A stretch of DNA of 64,000 nt from an uncultured cyanobacterium (GTDB lineage Bacteria; Cyanobacteriota; Cyanobacteriia; Cyanobacteriales; Nostocaceae). The position numbers and the translations under genes are program-made. Below are positions 10,351-20,688 of the stretch, one piece after another. The DNA lies in NCBI GenBank assembly GCA_963740315.1, contig CAVUDP010000002.1, positions 384,001 to 448,000 of the forward strand, in the 5' to 3' direction. The notes below the pieces were generated by a model. The model saw only the letters and a list, made by a program, of their open reading frames with translations, made no database searches and was not told the origin of the DNA. Positions within the stretch are counted from its first letter, which is position 1; each line of letters starts with the position of its first letter.

Positions 10351-12390
10351 TTATATTTGCCAAATATTAACTTTACAATATCCATCCCCACTTACTAAGA
10401 ACTTCCCATCAGGGCTAATTACCAATGAGTTTATCGGAGTTTTATATTTAATCAGTTCTTTTTTTAACTCTCCTGTTTGCAAATTCCAAATTTTAATTGA
10501 ACCGTCGCCACTTCCACTGATTAAATTTTTCTCATCTGGGGTTATAGCGAGAGAATAAACTGATGGTTTATGGTTTATAGGTTCTTGTACTAACTCTGCT
10601 GTTTGCAAATTCCAAATTTTAATTGAACCGTCGCCACTTCCACCGATTAGTCTTTTTCCATCTTTAGTTATCACCAAAGAACTAATCAATTTATTCTGTT
10701 TGGGAAATTGATTTTCTAATTTTCCAGTTTCTAAATTGTAAACATTAATTATCCCATTAAAACTACCACTAATTAAAGTCTTACCGTCTGGGCTTAATGC
10801 AAGAGAAAGAACTGATGATGTATAATTTCTAAATTCTTTTTTTAACTCTCCTGTTTGAAGATTCCAAATTTTAATTGTCCAATCGCGACTACCAGTAATC
10901 AGTGTTTCTCCATCGCGACTAATAATAATAGAACGAATTGTGTTTTTGTGACCTTGAAAAGTTTTTTTAAGTTTTTTAGTTTTGAAATCCCAAATTTTAA
11001 TTATTCCATCTTTACTACCACTGACAAAAGTCTGCCCATCGGAACTAATAGCAATGGAACGAATCGGATTTTCATCTTTAATAGTATAAAGTAATTCCTG
11101 AGTTTGGAAATCCCAAAACCTAATACTTTTATCGTCACTACCATTGACTAAAGTTTTTCCATTAGGGCTTAGGGCAACTGTATACACGTAACAATTTTTT
11201 CCTTTACCCCCTTGAATAGTTTTAACAAATGTTAGTTGTTTGTAATCTATATTTTTTACTTGTGGACTATTAGATATCATAATATATCGCAGTCCATATC
11301 CTCCTAAACCTGCCAGTAAAACTCCACCAATTACCAGCAACAATTGTTTAAACTTGATTTTCTTTCTAGATAAAAATGGAAAAAGTCTTCGTGAAATTTT
11401 CCGTGAAGCTTTAGAAGGGTTTACTATAGTTTCTGGAACTTGAGGTGATGAAGAGGATTTTTGAAATATAACGGAATTTTGTTGCCATACCACGGAAGCT
11501 ATAGGTAATGAATTCAAATCTTGCAATACTTGGACTACTGATTGATAGCGCTTAGAATAGTCTTCCTGTAATAATCGATCGAGTATCTCTCCTAATTCTT
11601 GACTTACTGGTTGCTTTAAATGCGATCGCCAATCATTAACCCAGCCATAACCCTTCTTGTACCAAAGTTTCCAGGGACGAATTCCACTGAGTAAGTGAAA
11701 GCAAGTTGCACCTAAACTATACAAATCGCTCGATGGGTAAGCCTTTCCATCTTCTATTTGCTCTATGGGAACATATCCAAAGGAACCAATCATTGTTCCT
11801 TCTACAGACATAATCGTCTGGCTCCATTGCTTAGAAGCCCCAAAATCTATTAATACCAATTTGTCATCAATCAAACGACGAATGATGTTTTCTGGCTTAA
11901 TATCTCGATGAATAACTTTTTGTTGATGAACAACTTGAAAAATGGGCAATACATCGAACAATAATTGTAATATTTTTTGTTCGTTAAAAATTCCCTGCTG
12001 TTCTAACTCCTGTAACAAATTTTGCCCGTCGATGAATTGCTGGAGCAGATATAAACGGCTATTTTCCTCGAAATAAGCGAGTAAGCTAGGAATTCGTGGA
12101 TTTTCTCCTAGTTGCTGTAACCGCCTTGCTTCTGCTTCAAATAGTTTTTTTGCACTTTCAAATCCTGCGGTTCCTTGTACTTGTGGTGCAAATTGTTTGA
12201 TAACACAATATTCATTTAATTTATCTATATCTTCTGCTATATAGGTTTTACCAAATCCACCGCCACCCAATGGTTGAATAGGTTGATAACGATTTCTAAG
12301 TATCACTAACGGTGTTTGACAGTTCGGACAAACATTTGTTTCTTCAGTACAGGGAGGATTATAACAAATCGGATTGAGGCAGCAGATCAT
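10351..12390 (-). CDS. Membrane Ser/Thr protein kinase with N-terminal Cys motif and C-terminal WD40 propeller
   Basis: CLNPxC...CPNC, LGGGGFGKTY, HRDIKPEN, LIDFG, a TM helix, then about seven WD40 repeats (SGSxDGSIKIWNL). Confidence 0.95.
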   Translation of the reverse strand: MICCLNPICYNPPCTEETNVCPNCQTPLVILRNRYQPIQPLGGGGFGKTYIAEDIDKLNEYCVIKQFAPQVQGTAGFESAKKLFEAEARRLQQLGENPRIPSLLAYFEENSRLYLLQQFIDGQNLLQELEQQGIFNEQKILQLLFDVLPIFQVVHQQKVIHRDIKPENIIRRLIDDKLVLIDFGASKQWSQTIMSVEGTMIGSFGYVPIEQIEDGKAYPSSDLYSLGATCFHLLSGIRPWKLWYKKGYGWVNDWRSHLKQPVSQELGEILDRLLQEDYSKRYQSVVQVLQDLNSLPIASVVWQQNSVIFQKSSSSPQVPETIVNPSKASRKISRRLFPFLSRKKIKFKQLLLVIGGVLLAGLGGYGLRYIMISNSPQVKNIDYKQLTFVKTIQGGKGKNCYVYTVALSPNGKTLVNGSDDKSIRFWDFQTQELLYTIKDENPIRSIAISSDGQTFVSGSKDGIIKIWDFKTKKLKKTFQGHKNTIRSIIISRDGETLITGSRDWTIKIWNLQTGELKKEFRNYTSSVLSLALSPDGKTLISGSFNGIINVYNLETGKLENQFPKQNKLISSLVITKDGKRLIGGSGDGSIKIWNLQTAELVQEPINHKPSVYSLAITPDEKNLISGSGDGSIKIWNLQTGELKKELIKYKTPINSLVISPDGKFLVSGDGYCKVNIWQI

Positions 12391-13088
12391 AACTGTGCTT
12401 CAACTAATATTTTTAATTTTAATATATAAAAATAATATCACTTTATCCCATGAACTCATACCATAAATTTAAGTTAAGTTTTTTTTTACCATTAACCTTT
12501 TTTTAGCTTTTCATAGATTTTCTAAGTGATATTAAAATGGCAATGACTTGCTGCCAATATATGTTTATATAGTAATATAGCTATACAACTAATAAAATAA
12601 GCTTAATATTGTAAATATTGTGCAACATTATTTTATTAAGACTTTTAGCATTTGAGATACCCGGTTTTTTTAAGCAGAGTGATTAATTCTGATTAATAAT
12701 TAAGGAATGCTATTTATAGTTAATACGAGAAGGGAAAATTATCAAAACTGAGTTTTTTTAAATAAAATTATATTTAATTGCGTAAATATTTTGTAATGAA
12801 ACATTTTTGTATATTCTATTTTTTTTATATTCCTGCTTTGTATCAATTCGGTAAATTACTATAATTATTAAAATTAAATTATTTAGTTTTAGTTATATTG
12901 TCTATCTAAAGTTTTAAAAATATTTTCATGTATATCGATGTATATTGAATTGAAAATAATAAACATAAAAGTATAGCTGTCAAACATCATTTCTAACTAA
13001 TAAGACAGCGAAGAAAGCTATTAATAGCAATTAACTGCCGTGAATCGATGTTTGACAGCAACACAAAATATGTACACCCTGCTTTCCT

Positions 13089-13616
13089 TTAAAAATCATC
13101 CACAAGTTCGCTCATGCGTCTGATTAAAGGGTCTTCTTCTTCAGCAGGAGTATTAACTTCATAAGCCGATACTGAAGTATTATTTAATACTTCAGATCCT
13201 ATCGATTGAGTAGAAGGTTGAACAACCGAACCTTGATTGACCATCATTGCCAACTGAGCCACTTGCTGACTAAGCTGTGTCAAGTGTTGTTCCATCGTTA
13301 CCAATCGATTTGATTCCCTAGTAAAGAAACGTTCCTCAAGGTCAGCTAATTTTCTTTCCAGGTCAGCAATCTGCTCGCCCGCCTCGGATGGCGGGTGTGG
13401 TTTTGGTTTTGGTGCAGGTGTTGCTGTTGGTTGCGGATCTGGTCGTACAGATTCCGGTACGCATAAAGCTTGCCATAAAGCTTCTTTACAGAGGTCGCTG
13501 AAAGTCTTATCTGGCTCTTTTTCTAAGTGCCTTTCAACTACATCTAACAAGCTTTCATCCGCTACCCCTGGATTAAACGTAACAGATTTAACTACCTTTT
13601 TTGACCATTGGAACAT
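13089..13616 (-). CDS. ParR-like partner of the ParM actin (RHH-like N-terminus, coiled coil, short conserved-looking C-terminal helix)
   Basis: Starts 5 nt after the actin-like gene stop; N-terminal strand-helix-helix pattern KSVTF...LLDVVERHL...FSDLCKEALWQAL; C-terminus DPLIRRMSELVDDF. Confidence 0.7.
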   Translation of the reverse strand: MFQWSKKVVKSVTFNPGVADESLLDVVERHLEKEPDKTFSDLCKEALWQALCVPESVRPDPQPTATPAPKPKPHPPSEAGEQIADLERKLADLEERFFTRESNRLVTMEQHLTQLSQQVAQLAMMVNQGSVVQPSTQSIGSEVLNNTSVSAYEVNTPAEEEDPLIRRMSELVDDF

Positions 13617-13621
13617 TGGTT

Positions 13622-14773
13622 TTAAGACCTAGAAGAGCGACTGGCAGATAATTGTGCCTCTCCATAAATATACTGCCCTAGAGCGTTAGCTTGTCGGGAA
13701 GGTGCAGCTAAGTGGGCATTAATTTTTGCTTCTTTGAGCAAACGTTGAACGTCTTCCCAGAAAAATTCACCACCACCGCCGGTGAGAATTACATCGGTAA
13801 CGCGCTCTGGCAGCCATGCTAACACGCGGGTGCAAATTTCACGTGAAAACATTTCTATAAGATTAGGAAGAAAATCGTCTAGATTGGTGGGTTTTCCAGA
13901 ACCTCTAGGACGATAGAAGCGTTCGCCTTTAGGCTTATTTACCGCAGCAATCAAAGACAATGATTGACTATCCGCACCTTCAATTTCGGCAGCTACTAGT
14001 TCGTAAAACTTGCTCATACCAAAGTCTTCACTTTTAGAAGCACCTCTGGCGAAACGGAAGTTATCCACCATCAAACAATCTGTAGTTTGGTGTCCAATAT
14101 CCACAATCGCCGCAGAAACTTTGGTAAAGTCAGCTGCACCAGGTGCTTTCTTGGGTTGGGATTCGCACCACAGTAAGCTACCATACCCTTCTGGCATAAC
14201 CCAAACTTTGTTAACATTTATTGTCACGGGTTCACCACGAAAGTTCATTACGTGAGGACCTGTAACTTGAGATATAAGCTGTGCTTTTTCTTTTTCAAAT
14301 TGTTCTTGAGAAAGATAAGGAAGACCCAAAATTACTGAAATATCATCACTAAGCTTGAAGTATCCTGCACTTGCCAATACTTTAATCAGTGCAGCTTCAA
14401 CCTTAGATTGACCTACTCCTAAATCGGCTCCAAAGTCTGCTGCTAGTTGACCAACAGCATAACCGTTACCTTGGTACTCCATCCAAAGATCCATTAAAGG
14501 ATCTGTTGCACGAGCTTCAAATACTCCTCCTCGAACTTGTTCCATCGTCATTTGCTTAACGTTGGAGGAGACGAAAACCACGCTCGACGGCTCGCGACTG
14601 ACGGTGGTTTTGGTGGAAGTTCTACCTAAATCGACGCTAAGAATATTTTTACTCCCACCATTACTGGTATTTGTAAGCTTGGGAGTTGTATTGATCGGAG
14701 TAGATGCCGTTACTCGATTCATCGGTATAGCAGCAGCATTCATTGGGGTAGCAGCGGAAGGTTGGTCTGTCAT
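13622..14773 (-). CDS. parM: ParM/StbA-family actin-like ATPase
   Basis: Actin-fold motifs: phosphate-1 SVDLGRTSTK, connect VMPEGYGS, phosphate-2 IVDIGHQTTD, adenosine ILTGGGG, and ANALG. Confidence 0.88.
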   Translation of the reverse strand: MTDQPSAATPMNAAAIPMNRVTASTPINTTPKLTNTSNGGSKNILSVDLGRTSTKTTVSREPSSVVFVSSNVKQMTMEQVRGGVFEARATDPLMDLWMEYQGNGYAVGQLAADFGADLGVGQSKVEAALIKVLASAGYFKLSDDISVILGLPYLSQEQFEKEKAQLISQVTGPHVMNFRGEPVTINVNKVWVMPEGYGSLLWCESQPKKAPGAADFTKVSAAIVDIGHQTTDCLMVDNFRFARGASKSEDFGMSKFYELVAAEIEGADSQSLSLIAAVNKPKGERFYRPRGSGKPTNLDDFLPNLIEMFSREICTRVLAWLPERVTDVILTGGGGEFFWEDVQRLLKEAKINAHLAAPSRQANALGQYIYGEAQLSASRSSRS

Positions 14774-15694
14774 GGAAATTCCTAGTTTCTACTTAGCTCT
14801 AACAAGTCATCATCCTAATCTTACCTGCATTCGTCTATCATCTATTTCTGATAGAGTCAACTCTAGTTAAAAATAATTTGAGCAAAAATCACTCAAATAG
14901 TCCAGTAAAAGTAAAATTATCTTTTCACTGTTTTTTTAGCATGAGTTAACCTACTTACGAATGAAAAAACGGCAATTGAAGCCTGTTTCAACAGGTAGTA
15001 TATTTTTCCTTCAAAATACGATCTGGTTGTTTTTTTTCTTTTCTTAAGAAATAAGGCTTTGGTGTCATCGCTTTAACGCCTTGGCGATGTAGCCATATCA
15101 TCTTTGTAGAATTGTTCGGACGGGTGCTTGCGTCAAAACACAAACTACTTAACTGTCTAGTTCGTGCTTTTTCTGAGTATGTTAGCAAACCTACCCATGC
15201 ACCGCCACCATATATGTGTAAATCAAGTAAATCAGTTAAGGGATATTGCTTATGCTTTTATGAAACTTAAATCACATTTATTGACCCCGATCTACAGACC
15301 AAATATCGCCGAAATAACCAAGCGATCGATTGTGCCAAACATTTGTCTGGTTTCATTTTTGCTTAAGGAGACTGGCTAATAGCTATATATGCCCGCATAA
15401 TTCCTCAAACGATTATGACTCGGAATCTTTTTCGGATAATAGATTGTTTGTTTTTTTACCGTAGAGGCAAGCCTCAAAAATGAAGGAATGATGAAATATT
15501 GGATACATCATACATCAATTTAAGTTTTTAAATTGTCACAGTAATCCCTTAAAAATCAACCGATCGTATGCTCTATAAAAAGTGCATTATTTTTGCGTCA
15601 AAAATCAAGATAAATTGACTACACTCTTACATATTTTTTATTTTTATTTTCTTAAAATTAAACATTTGTATCATTTTGTCTGAAATTTATCTTC

Positions 15695-15738
15695 AAAAAA
15701 AAAGGAGTAATAAGTAAGATAATACTTACTCATTACTC
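15695..15738 (-). terminator. Intrinsic terminator after the Gfo/Idh/MocA gene
   Basis: Stem GAGTAATAAGTAAG / CTTACTCATTACTC (15705-15738) followed on the minus strand by a U9 tract. Confidence 0.75.
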
Positions 15739-15797
15739 TCAAGACGGTTATCGCGCTTAAACGGAATGAAACTACATACTAGCTGCCCGACTAATAT

Positions 15798-16877
15798 CTA
15801 AATAGTGGAAGTGAAAGATTGCATTATCGGTTGCGATTGACTATTTAAGGGATTCCAAACTTTGTCAGATACAGCCATCTGTTCGATTAAACTAGCTAAT
15901 CTAAGGGCTTTAAGAGCTTGTTCGCCGCCAACTGAAGGCTGATTTCCACCCCGCACGCAATTCACAAAATGTTCTAATTCAGCTTTTAATGGTTCTACGT
16001 TTGAGGTGTAGACTTTTTCAATCAAACCATCTTGCTTATACAATTGCTGATAATCTGCTGAGTTAGAAGTAGGGTATCGGTGAATCCAAATTTCATTCGT
16101 AAGGAAATCAGCCTCAGTAAATGAATTTTTGCAGTGAGCTACAATTCTACGAATTTTACGGTGAGTGATTTTACTAGCAGTCAAGGTAGCAACAATACCA
16201 TTGGCAAATCCCAAAGTAGCAGTTACATAATCCAAATAAGTAGAGTTTGGAGTACGGGTACCGCTAGCCGCCAACTTCACGACTGGTGCAGCAGCCAATT
16301 CTAAAAGCAAGTCAATATCGTGGATCATCAAATCCAGCACTACCGAAACATCGTTTGCCCGATTGGAATAAGGACTCATTCGGTGAGCTTCTAGCGCCAG
16401 CAATTCATCTGTTTTAAGAACTTTAGTCAGTTCTCCAAAAGCTGGCTTAAAGCGCTCAATATGACCGACTTGTAAAATACAGCCAGATTCAGCCGCAGCA
16501 TTGACTAAAGATTCTGCTTCAGAAATATTTGCAGCAATCGGCTTTTCAATGAGAACGTGGATTCCTGCTAACAGACAACTTATACCAACGGCATAGTGTA
16601 GGCGAGTGGGAACGGCAATACAAACTGCCTCTACATGAGGCAATAGCTCGCAGTAATCCTCGAAAAATCTTACTTTGTACTTACTAGCCGTTTCTAACCC
16701 TCGTTCAATATCAACATCGGCTACACCAACTAATTCGACATCTTTCATCGAACTTAGTACGCGAGTATGATGTTGTCCCATGTTACCTACACCAATTACG
16801 CCTACACGAATGGGGCGCGGTTGATGACGCTGTACGTATCCATTTTTTTCTCCCGCTGTCATGCTGCTATCTTGCAC
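15798..16877 (-). CDS. Gfo/Idh/MocA family NAD(P)-dependent oxidoreductase
   Basis: Motifs RVGVIGVGNMG, HVLIEKP, GHIERF and DLMIHDID. Confidence 0.93.
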   Translation of the reverse strand: MQDSSMTAGEKNGYVQRHQPRPIRVGVIGVGNMGQHHTRVLSSMKDVELVGVADVDIERGLETASKYKVRFFEDYCELLPHVEAVCIAVPTRLHYAVGISCLLAGIHVLIEKPIAANISEAESLVNAAAESGCILQVGHIERFKPAFGELTKVLKTDELLALEAHRMSPYSNRANDVSVVLDLMIHDIDLLLELAAAPVVKLAASGTRTPNSTYLDYVTATLGFANGIVATLTASKITHRKIRRIVAHCKNSFTEADFLTNEIWIHRYPTSNSADYQQLYKQDGLIEKVYTSNVEPLKAELEHFVNCVRGGNQPSVGGEQALKALRLASLIEQMAVSDKVWNPLNSQSQPIMQSFTSTI

Positions 16878-17489
16878 TCTAATTTTCTCTCCTCAACCAC
16901 CAACTTTAAAAGTGCTACAATCGTTGACTTTTATACATTATCGCCAATAAAGTAGCCACCTAAAACCATCCAGATGGTAACATAGAGGTTCTATTTATGA
17001 AGAATTTCAAAGTTTGTTGTGAGTTCCCGTTATTTGTCTTTTTTTTACATAGTCCCGTTTCGTGGATGTTTTTTATTTTAAAAAAAAATATTATCTATTT
17101 CTGTTAAGTTTAAATTTCCTATAACAATTCAAAGTATTACCTTTTTTTTTTTAATAAGCAACAATTGCAAATTTTTAAACTTAATTTTAATTATATGAGT
17201 GCAGACTTAATAACGGAAGTATGATGATTTTATTAATAAATAAACGTTCTAAAAATAATGTTTTGAATATCTGATATACAATTAATTCATAGAAAAACAG
17301 CACTTATAGATTATTAATGATAATTAATAAATTCGGTTCAAAAAAAATCAGGTTTTTCCATAGATCAAGATTTTACAACTGATACAGCATCATTATCATT
17401 ATATATAAGATACGAAGACAAACACTTGTTCAAAAAGTTTTTGGTGATAGTTTAAAGTAAAGTAGTTTGAGAAAGATTTAGTTATTAAA

Positions 17490-18167
17490 ATGAAAGCCGT
17501 AATTTTATTATCTGGAGGACTTGACTCTTCCACAGTTTTATATCAAGCATTGGCTGATGGATGTGAATGTTGCGCTATAAGCTTTGATTATCAACAAAGA
17601 CATCGAAAAGAATTGAATTCGGCACGAGAAGTAGCGAAAAAAGCTGGTGTCGTTGAACATCAAGTAATTAAATTTGACTTAAGGCAATGGGGTGGTTCGG
17701 CGCTTACAGATAATTCCATTGATTTGCCCCAAGAGCGTTCCTTAGAAGAAATGTCTCAAAATATCCCCGTTACCTATGTTCCTGCGAGAAACACGATATT
17801 TTTAAGCTTTGCCGTTTCTTATGCCGAAACTATCGCAGCAGAAAGAATTTATATTGGCGTAAATGCTTTGGATTATTCCGGATATCCCGATTGTCGTCCC
17901 GACTATATCCAAGCGATGCAGTCCGTATTTCGTTTGGGAACTAAACAAGGGCGTGAAGGAAATCCGATTAATATTGTCACCCCTTTAATAGATTTGAAAA
18001 AAACCGAAATAATTCAATTAGGTAACAAATTAGGAGTTCCTTGGGATTTAACTTGGTCTTGCTATAGCGGTGGTGATGTTGCCTGTGGTGTCTGCGATTC
18101 CTGTCGCTTACGTCTCGCCGCTTTTGCCGAATTAGGATTGACAGATCCGGTGGAGTATGGGGGATAG
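17490..18167 (+). CDS. queC: 7-cyano-7-deazaguanine synthase
   Basis: Motifs SGGLDS, YVPARN, YPDCRP, TWSCY and CGVCDSC. Confidence 0.97.
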   Translation: MKAVILLSGGLDSSTVLYQALADGCECCAISFDYQQRHRKELNSAREVAKKAGVVEHQVIKFDLRQWGGSALTDNSIDLPQERSLEEMSQNIPVTYVPARNTIFLSFAVSYAETIAAERIYIGVNALDYSGYPDCRPDYIQAMQSVFRLGTKQGREGNPINIVTPLIDLKKTEIIQLGNKLGVPWDLTWSCYSGGDVACGVCDSCRLRLAAFAELGLTDPVEYGG

Positions 18168-18327
18168 GGAGATGGGGGGATGGGGGGACAAGGGGGTGGG
18201 GAGATGGGGGGATGGGGAGATGGGGGGATGGGGAGATGGGGGGACAAGGGGAGGGTCGATTTTAATCCAAAATCTAAATCGCAGCTAACTGCTAACTGCT
18301 AACTGCTAACTGCTAACTCCTAACTCC
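18158..18327. repeat. G-rich octamer array (GGGAGATG/GGGGGATG) plus CTAACTG heptamers
   Basis: Directly visible between the convergent queC and CorC-like genes. Confidence 0.9.
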
Positions 18328-19668
18328 TCAAAGCCTTCTAATTTGAATTTGCTGTAAGCGAGGTCCTGTTACTGAGGCTACTTTAAATTCTAGATTTTGA
18401 TAGTGGAAGCTTTCGCCGATCGCGGGAATTTTTTGTAAGTGGTAAAGCGTAAAGCCTCCGAGTGTTTGATATTCTTTTGTCAGAGGTAGATTGAGTTCTA
18501 ATACTTCGTTAAGGTCTTCTAAGTTTATTTGCGCTTGAACTAGAAATGTCTGCTCGTCTAACATTTTGATCAGTAAATCATTGCTGTTTTGCGTTTCGCC
18601 AATGTCGCCAATGATTTGAGCAACTACGTCTTGGATAGTTACTAGCCCCACAGTACCGCCAAATTCATCTACTACCACGACCATAGCTAGCTTTTCTTGC
18701 TGCATCATCGGCAATAGTTCGTTTAAGGGTGTATGTTCGGGTACGAACTTTGCAGAACGCATAAAGGAATGAATCTGTGTATCTAAGCTTAGTTGTCCTA
18801 ATGCTAAAGGCTTTGTCAGGTCTTTAAAATAAACAATACCGCGAATATCGTCTAAAGATTCGCCAAATATCGGGTAGCAAGAATGACCAGTACCCGCCAT
18901 TTCTTCCAGGAAAATCTTTAAAGTTGCGTTTTTGGATAGCGCTACTATGGTGCTGCGGGGAACCATCACGGCTTGCACGGTTACTTCCCCAAATTCAAAA
19001 ATATTCTTTAACAGTTCTCGCTCTCTGGCTCTTAACCCAGTGGATTCCCTTTCTGTAGAAATAATTAGCAATAATTCTTCTGGAGTAACTGGTGGCCTCC
19101 AGCTTTTGCCAGTGTATTCGATACCGAATAACCGTAACAAGAAACGAGTTGATTGATTAAGAATCCAGATAAAGGGGCTGAAAAATCTCACAATAGCTGT
19201 AAAGGAAGGTCCCAAAAACCGGGCTAATTCTTCCGAGTAAAGCATTGCTACGGATTTGGGACACAATTCACCTAGAACTATTTGTAAGTAAGCTATTAAA
19301 AAAAACGCGAGCGGAATTGATAGGGAATGAGCAATAACAATATTCAATCCCTGGGGTACGGGTAAAGATTGTAACCATACATTAATCAGTTCAACAATCG
19401 TACTTTCTCCAATCCATCCCAGTGCCAAACTTGAAAGAGTAATGCCTAACTGGGTTGTGGATAGCAGTCTATCAATGCTACGTTGCAGTACTTCCACCGC
19501 GATCGCTTGAATATCGCCAGCTTCCACCAACTGATGAATTCGCGATCGCCGTACACTCACCATTGAAAATTCTGCGGCTACAAAAAAGGCATTGATGGCG
19601 ATAAGAAGTAAAACTGATAGCAATCTCAGTCCTAATTCCGTCCAATTTAAATTATGAAAACCATTCAC
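18328..19668 (-). CDS. HlyC/CorC (CNNM/DUF21-CBS-CorC) family membrane protein
   Basis: NAFFVAAEFS, QLGITLSSLALGWIGE, GELCPK, a CBS pair (VVVDEFGGTVGLVT) and YQTLGG; GTG start. Confidence 0.93.
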   Translation of the reverse strand: MNGFHNLNWTELGLRLLSVLLLIAINAFFVAAEFSMVSVRRSRIHQLVEAGDIQAIAVEVLQRSIDRLLSTTQLGITLSSLALGWIGESTIVELINVWLQSLPVPQGLNIVIAHSLSIPLAFFLIAYLQIVLGELCPKSVAMLYSEELARFLGPSFTAIVRFFSPFIWILNQSTRFLLRLFGIEYTGKSWRPPVTPEELLLIISTERESTGLRARERELLKNIFEFGEVTVQAVMVPRSTIVALSKNATLKIFLEEMAGTGHSCYPIFGESLDDIRGIVYFKDLTKPLALGQLSLDTQIHSFMRSAKFVPEHTPLNELLPMMQQEKLAMVVVVDEFGGTVGLVTIQDVVAQIIGDIGETQNSNDLLIKMLDEQTFLVQAQINLEDLNEVLELNLPLTKEYQTLGGFTLYHLQKIPAIGESFHYQNLEFKVASVTGPRLQQIQIRRL

Positions 19669-19791
19669 TGCCTTTTCTCATGTAGAACTGATGCCCCAGT
19701 ATCCTGGATTCTTTAATACTGAAATATTAAATCAAATATTAAATCTAAAATTCAGAACGATAAGAATTAATATTCTTAATATTCTCGCTAT

Positions 19792-20493
19792 CTACCTTTG
19801 TACAGGAATATTTGATACTTCCAACCGCAATCTCTGTGCCGGATAATCTGTAAGGGCTAAGGAAATCCCTTTGACATCATCAAGTAAAGCAGTAGGAATA
19901 CTGACGGTACCGTAATGCGATTGTCCATTGGAAGGCAATTCTGATGGTAAACCTTCTGTGGAAGCACTTAGAGTTCTTCCTTTATCATCCGTAACATCTA
20001 GGAAACTATAAAGGAAGCGTACCGAATCATCACCTTTATTATCCATTTTTACTTTTAGCAGCAAAGCACCCCCCGAATAGCGGGCTGACTGTACGGCAAG
20101 ACTTACACCCTCGCTTTCGGCTTGAACGGGAAATCCTGCTTGGAGTTTTTCTTCGGCTTCAGGTGGTTTCTGCTCTCGTTTACGCTTAGTATCTTTTTTT
20201 CCTTCTTCTAAATCATCGCTCTTTTTTGATTTAGCAGCTTTGGTTTTACCTTCAATGCGGGCTTTAACAATTTTGAGAATTTCTTCTTCTTTTACAAAGG
20301 CTACCCCTTCTTTGTCTTGACCACCACTTGCACCTTTTCTGGCAAACTTAGTAGTAGGACGAGCATCTGGTGCTGTGACTCCTTTAAGAGCAGCACTTCC
20401 CAAAGTAAATCCCCAAAAAGCGCTTACGGAACCAGCTCCTAACATTAGGGTTAACAAAATCAACGTCAGAAGTACAGTAGAATTTAGTTTCAT
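19792..20493 (-). CDS. Hypothetical membrane-anchored protein
   Basis: Likely start MKLNSTVLLTLILLTLMLGAG at 20493 (track ORF extends to 20559); beta-rich C-terminal domain. Confidence 0.75.
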   Translation of the reverse strand: MKLNSTVLLTLILLTLMLGAGSVSAFWGFTLGSAALKGVTAPDARPTTKFARKGASGGQDKEGVAFVKEEEILKIVKARIEGKTKAAKSKKSDDLEEGKKDTKRKREQKPPEAEEKLQAGFPVQAESEGVSLAVQSARYSGGALLLKVKMDNKGDDSVRFLYSFLDVTDDKGRTLSASTEGLPSELPSNGQSHYGTVSIPTALLDDVKGISLALTDYPAQRLRLEVSNIPVQR

Positions 20494-20672
20494 TGCACAA
20501 TAAATATAGCTGTTCGGTGTATGGATAAAAGAAAGATATTGAAGTTTATGGTTCCTCAAGGCGAGCGGAGAACTTAATAAATATTAGTTTGCACTATTTT
20601 GTTGTCAAATGATGTAATATAAAATCTAGTAAACTATTTACATTTTTATTACACAAAAAGGTAAAGTCGCGC

Positions 20673-20678
20673 TATAAT
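20673..20678 (+). promoter_or_regulatory. -10 box (TATAAT) for the tRNA gene
   Basis: Perfect TATAAT ending 10 nt before the tRNA 5' end. Confidence 0.6.
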
Positions 20679-20688
20679 TGCTAATCAG

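Noticed and set aside
14774..15690. parC centromere, or the small ORFs 14988-15188 and 15164-15379 upstream of parM
   Set aside because: No tandem iterons are visible, and the short ORFs lack motifs or convincing starts.
16984..16993. preQ1 riboswitch upstream of queC (AGAGGTTCTA resembles the start of the Bacillus class I aptamer)
   Set aside because: The complementary P1 strand and A-rich tail are missing, and it lies about 500 nt from the queC start.
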